Of a stretch of DNA of 64,000 bases, positions 61,524 to 64,000 are shown in pieces (the first letter of the stretch is position 1; the number at the start of each line of letters is the position of its first letter). This stretch comes from Dipteris shenzhenensis (taxonomy: Eukaryota): NCBI GenBank assembly GCA_047967505.1, contig CM106538.1; one strand, 5' to 3'. The notes under the pieces were generated by a model. The model made no database searches. It had not been told where the DNA came from and saw only the letters and a list, made by a program, of their open reading frames with translations. A program made the position numbers and the translations under genes.

Positions 61524-63429
61524 ATCCACGAGTGTGTGGTTAGGGGGGGGAGACACACAAGAACTAGCTTCTTCTCCATCAAATCTTCATCTCCATTGTT
61601 GTCCTTCTCTTTATGTTTAACATGTCTCTTATTCCCTTATAATGCAAAAGGTATGTTTACACATAAACTCATATTTTTAACATCAATTGCATGGCCTAAT
61701 TGTCTTAAATATAGTAGCATGTCAAGTACAATAGGATGATAGTAGGAGGCTTTGGCTTGCTTGAACTGGCCTTTCAGATAGGCCTAACAATATCACACCC
61801 TATATCACCTTTGAGTACCCAATTTTCTTGCATGAAGCTTACGTATGAGACCCAAAATCTCTCCACCCTTTGTTTTCTAATGATGAATATACATACTATT
61901 GTTGGTTTGCTTCATCATACCATTAAATTTTCACATATATGAAAATTCTTGAGTAAACTCACATTCGAGAACACATATATGTGCATAGTGCTCCAAAGAA
62001 AAGAAAGCCAGCCCACAGCTATTTTTATTTGAGGTTTTACCCGTGACCTGCTAAAGTCTCGAGTTGTTTAGTGTTGTTCCATTTTTATGTCTAGTTTGCA
62101 TAGATCCTATGCTATGCCTCAAATCATTTTCTACACCATACTATTTCACCTCAATATTTCTTGATGCTTTGTATTTTGCTTTTTTTTATGTTAAAGTTAC
62201 AATTAGTCGTTTCTTGCTTTTCCATGACATGGTCATTAAATCAAGATCAGAGGATATTCACTCACATTTCAAACCATTATATCATGTACCTTTGAAATAT
62301 GTGGATACTCTTTTGGCTACATGGAGATGATCCTTCTTGAGATTTTGCATACATCGATTGAGAACACCAATTGAATAAGAAATGTCTAGCCTAGTGATTG
62401 TCAAGTAGGTAGATAAAGAAGAGTCAAAGCGAAAGAGCATATAGAGCTCAATATACCTATTGGATCAAAGCATTGGTTTATACTATTGAGGTTGTATCTA
62501 AAGAGATATGTCACAAGCTAATAATTTAACAATTGAGTTTATGCAAACCAGATCACCAACTAAATAAGAATAATCTAGCCTTGTGATTGTCAAGTAGATC
62601 CATAAAGAGGCTCCAAGAAGCTCGACTATGTATAACTGTTGGCAAGCAATAGGCTTATTTTCTTTTGGAGATATATCAATGACCTTGTTCGACTCTGTAT
62701 AAGAGTGCTATATTCATCATCCTAGCACGTTCCCATTTTGATCTTTAACTACTTCTCTAAAAGATGTCGATTCTTCAAATTCCATGACTTTGGCCATAAA
62801 TTCGATGATTATTCTATAAGTCCATCTTTCTAATCCTTTTCGTTCACAACCAGAGTTGTGAAACTTTGCATTAAGAATTTATACATCTGCGTTCCTTGTT
62901 CCCATGCAAGCATGTCATTTTGGTGCTCCTTTTACTTAATCCTCTTCCCTGACCCTTGCCAAGTATCCTCTTTTTTTACTCTTCCATTTCAAACCCTAGA
63001 TTCACCTCCTTTCCATGCTCTACAAGTGCTTATGTAGGAATGCATCATGATGAGTCATCCCCCATAGCCATGATTGCTAGAGCTCAAAGCATGGCTTTGA
63101 TTACTTACAAAATTCAAACATTTCATATCCATTAGCAGTAGTAGTACTAGCATCATTTTCTATAGCTTGCAATTATTCACGGTCATCCACCTTTTGCTCT
63201 CAAGGCTTGAAGGGGAGGAGAAGGAGAAGAAGCAAGATTATGTGCAATCCTGGGTTAGCAAGTGGGATGCATATTTTTATCCCTCATACACCATTGTTTA
63301 GAGTATCATGCCTCAGATCGGCGGTCATCACAAATAGGACAAGCATGGTACCCACTTATTCTCAGGCCTACATGCATAAGAGAGAGCATTAGTACCATGC
63401 ATCTTAAGATTAAATAGGGAATTACTCTT

Positions 63430-63990
63430 ACCTAAGCACTCTCGATATCCACGGAAGTCATGCATGGTCCAGATTCCTCTTATCGAACCATTTGGATTCT
63501 ATTGAGAAGCTCTAGAGATATCCAAGACATGAATTGTCACTCCATAAGGTTTGCATCTCCTCTATTAATGGTTCCATGTACATGCCCATATTCTTTTCCT
63601 TGAGCCTTTTGCAAATATTACCCTAGCATATCGCTAAATATGTCATTAAAATATAAGATCAAATGTTGATTTGCAACATTCCTTCATAGGTGGGACATTT
63701 GTTGTGTATGGCTCAACCAATTACAATGCATAAAAGGTGCTCTATTTTTTGAATTCTCATGTTGTGATTAATTACTCTTTGGTATAGTGAGGCTATGCAA
63801 TACCATCACCTTTACATACAAAGGTGAGAGTCATGGCATCAAAATCTACACAAATTCATCCATAGATTGCATCTCAAACTATGTGGTAGCATGTTGATCA
63901 TGTGTTGCCCATTGGTAGCCTCAACTTTCAACCCATGATCAATTTTGGTGCCTGCAAGTTTCACTTTCTACAAGTTGTTGCTGTCGATGC
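63430..63990 (-). mobile_element. CACTA/EnSpm transposase (Tnp2-type) remnant
   Basis: Minus-strand MYMEPLIEEMQTLWS and GIWTMHDFRGY resemble the CACTA motifs YL.PLI.EL..LW and WTI.DFP.Y. Confidence 0.6.
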
Positions 63991-64000
63991 TTGTGGTTAC

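Noticed and set aside
61355-61739. CV- and TH-repeat ORFs
   Set aside because: Translations of the microsatellite.

Overview
Eukaryotic land-plant genomic DNA; a large-genome plant such as a fern is my inference from the TE repertoire and intron size, not proven. The only host gene is the 3' part of MED16/SFR6 (Mediator subunit 16, + strand). It has six visible exons (1793-1973, 2158-2460, 2565-2650, 45416-45592, 45828-46202, 47118-47261), all with phase-compatible GT-AG junctions. The 42,765-bp intron 2651-45415 is a nested stack of retroelements: a non-autonomous LTR element, two copies of a Copia-type element (one clearly gag-only), a non-L1 LINE RT fragment, and eight L1-clade LINE copies or fragments from three families (A, B, C; four near full length, two with clean 15-bp TSDs). 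Downstream of the gene are decayed copies of its last exon, then degraded L1, Copia and CACTA remnants. The most notable observations are: (1) a dense, single-orientation array of 13 CCGTAC motifs (the SBP/SPL-type site) in the 5' UTR of a family-B L1; (2) an extra folded, possibly Nudix-like, domain at the end of ORF1 in family C; (3) family-B elements inserting head-to-tail at GT-rich sites, with a short non-coding partner that shares a 3' stem-loop; (4) ATGA stop-start coupling of ORF1 and ORF2; (5) a captured kinase-like fragment; (6) a CHG-type mutation signature. All assignments come from reading the sequence by eye; no database searches were run.
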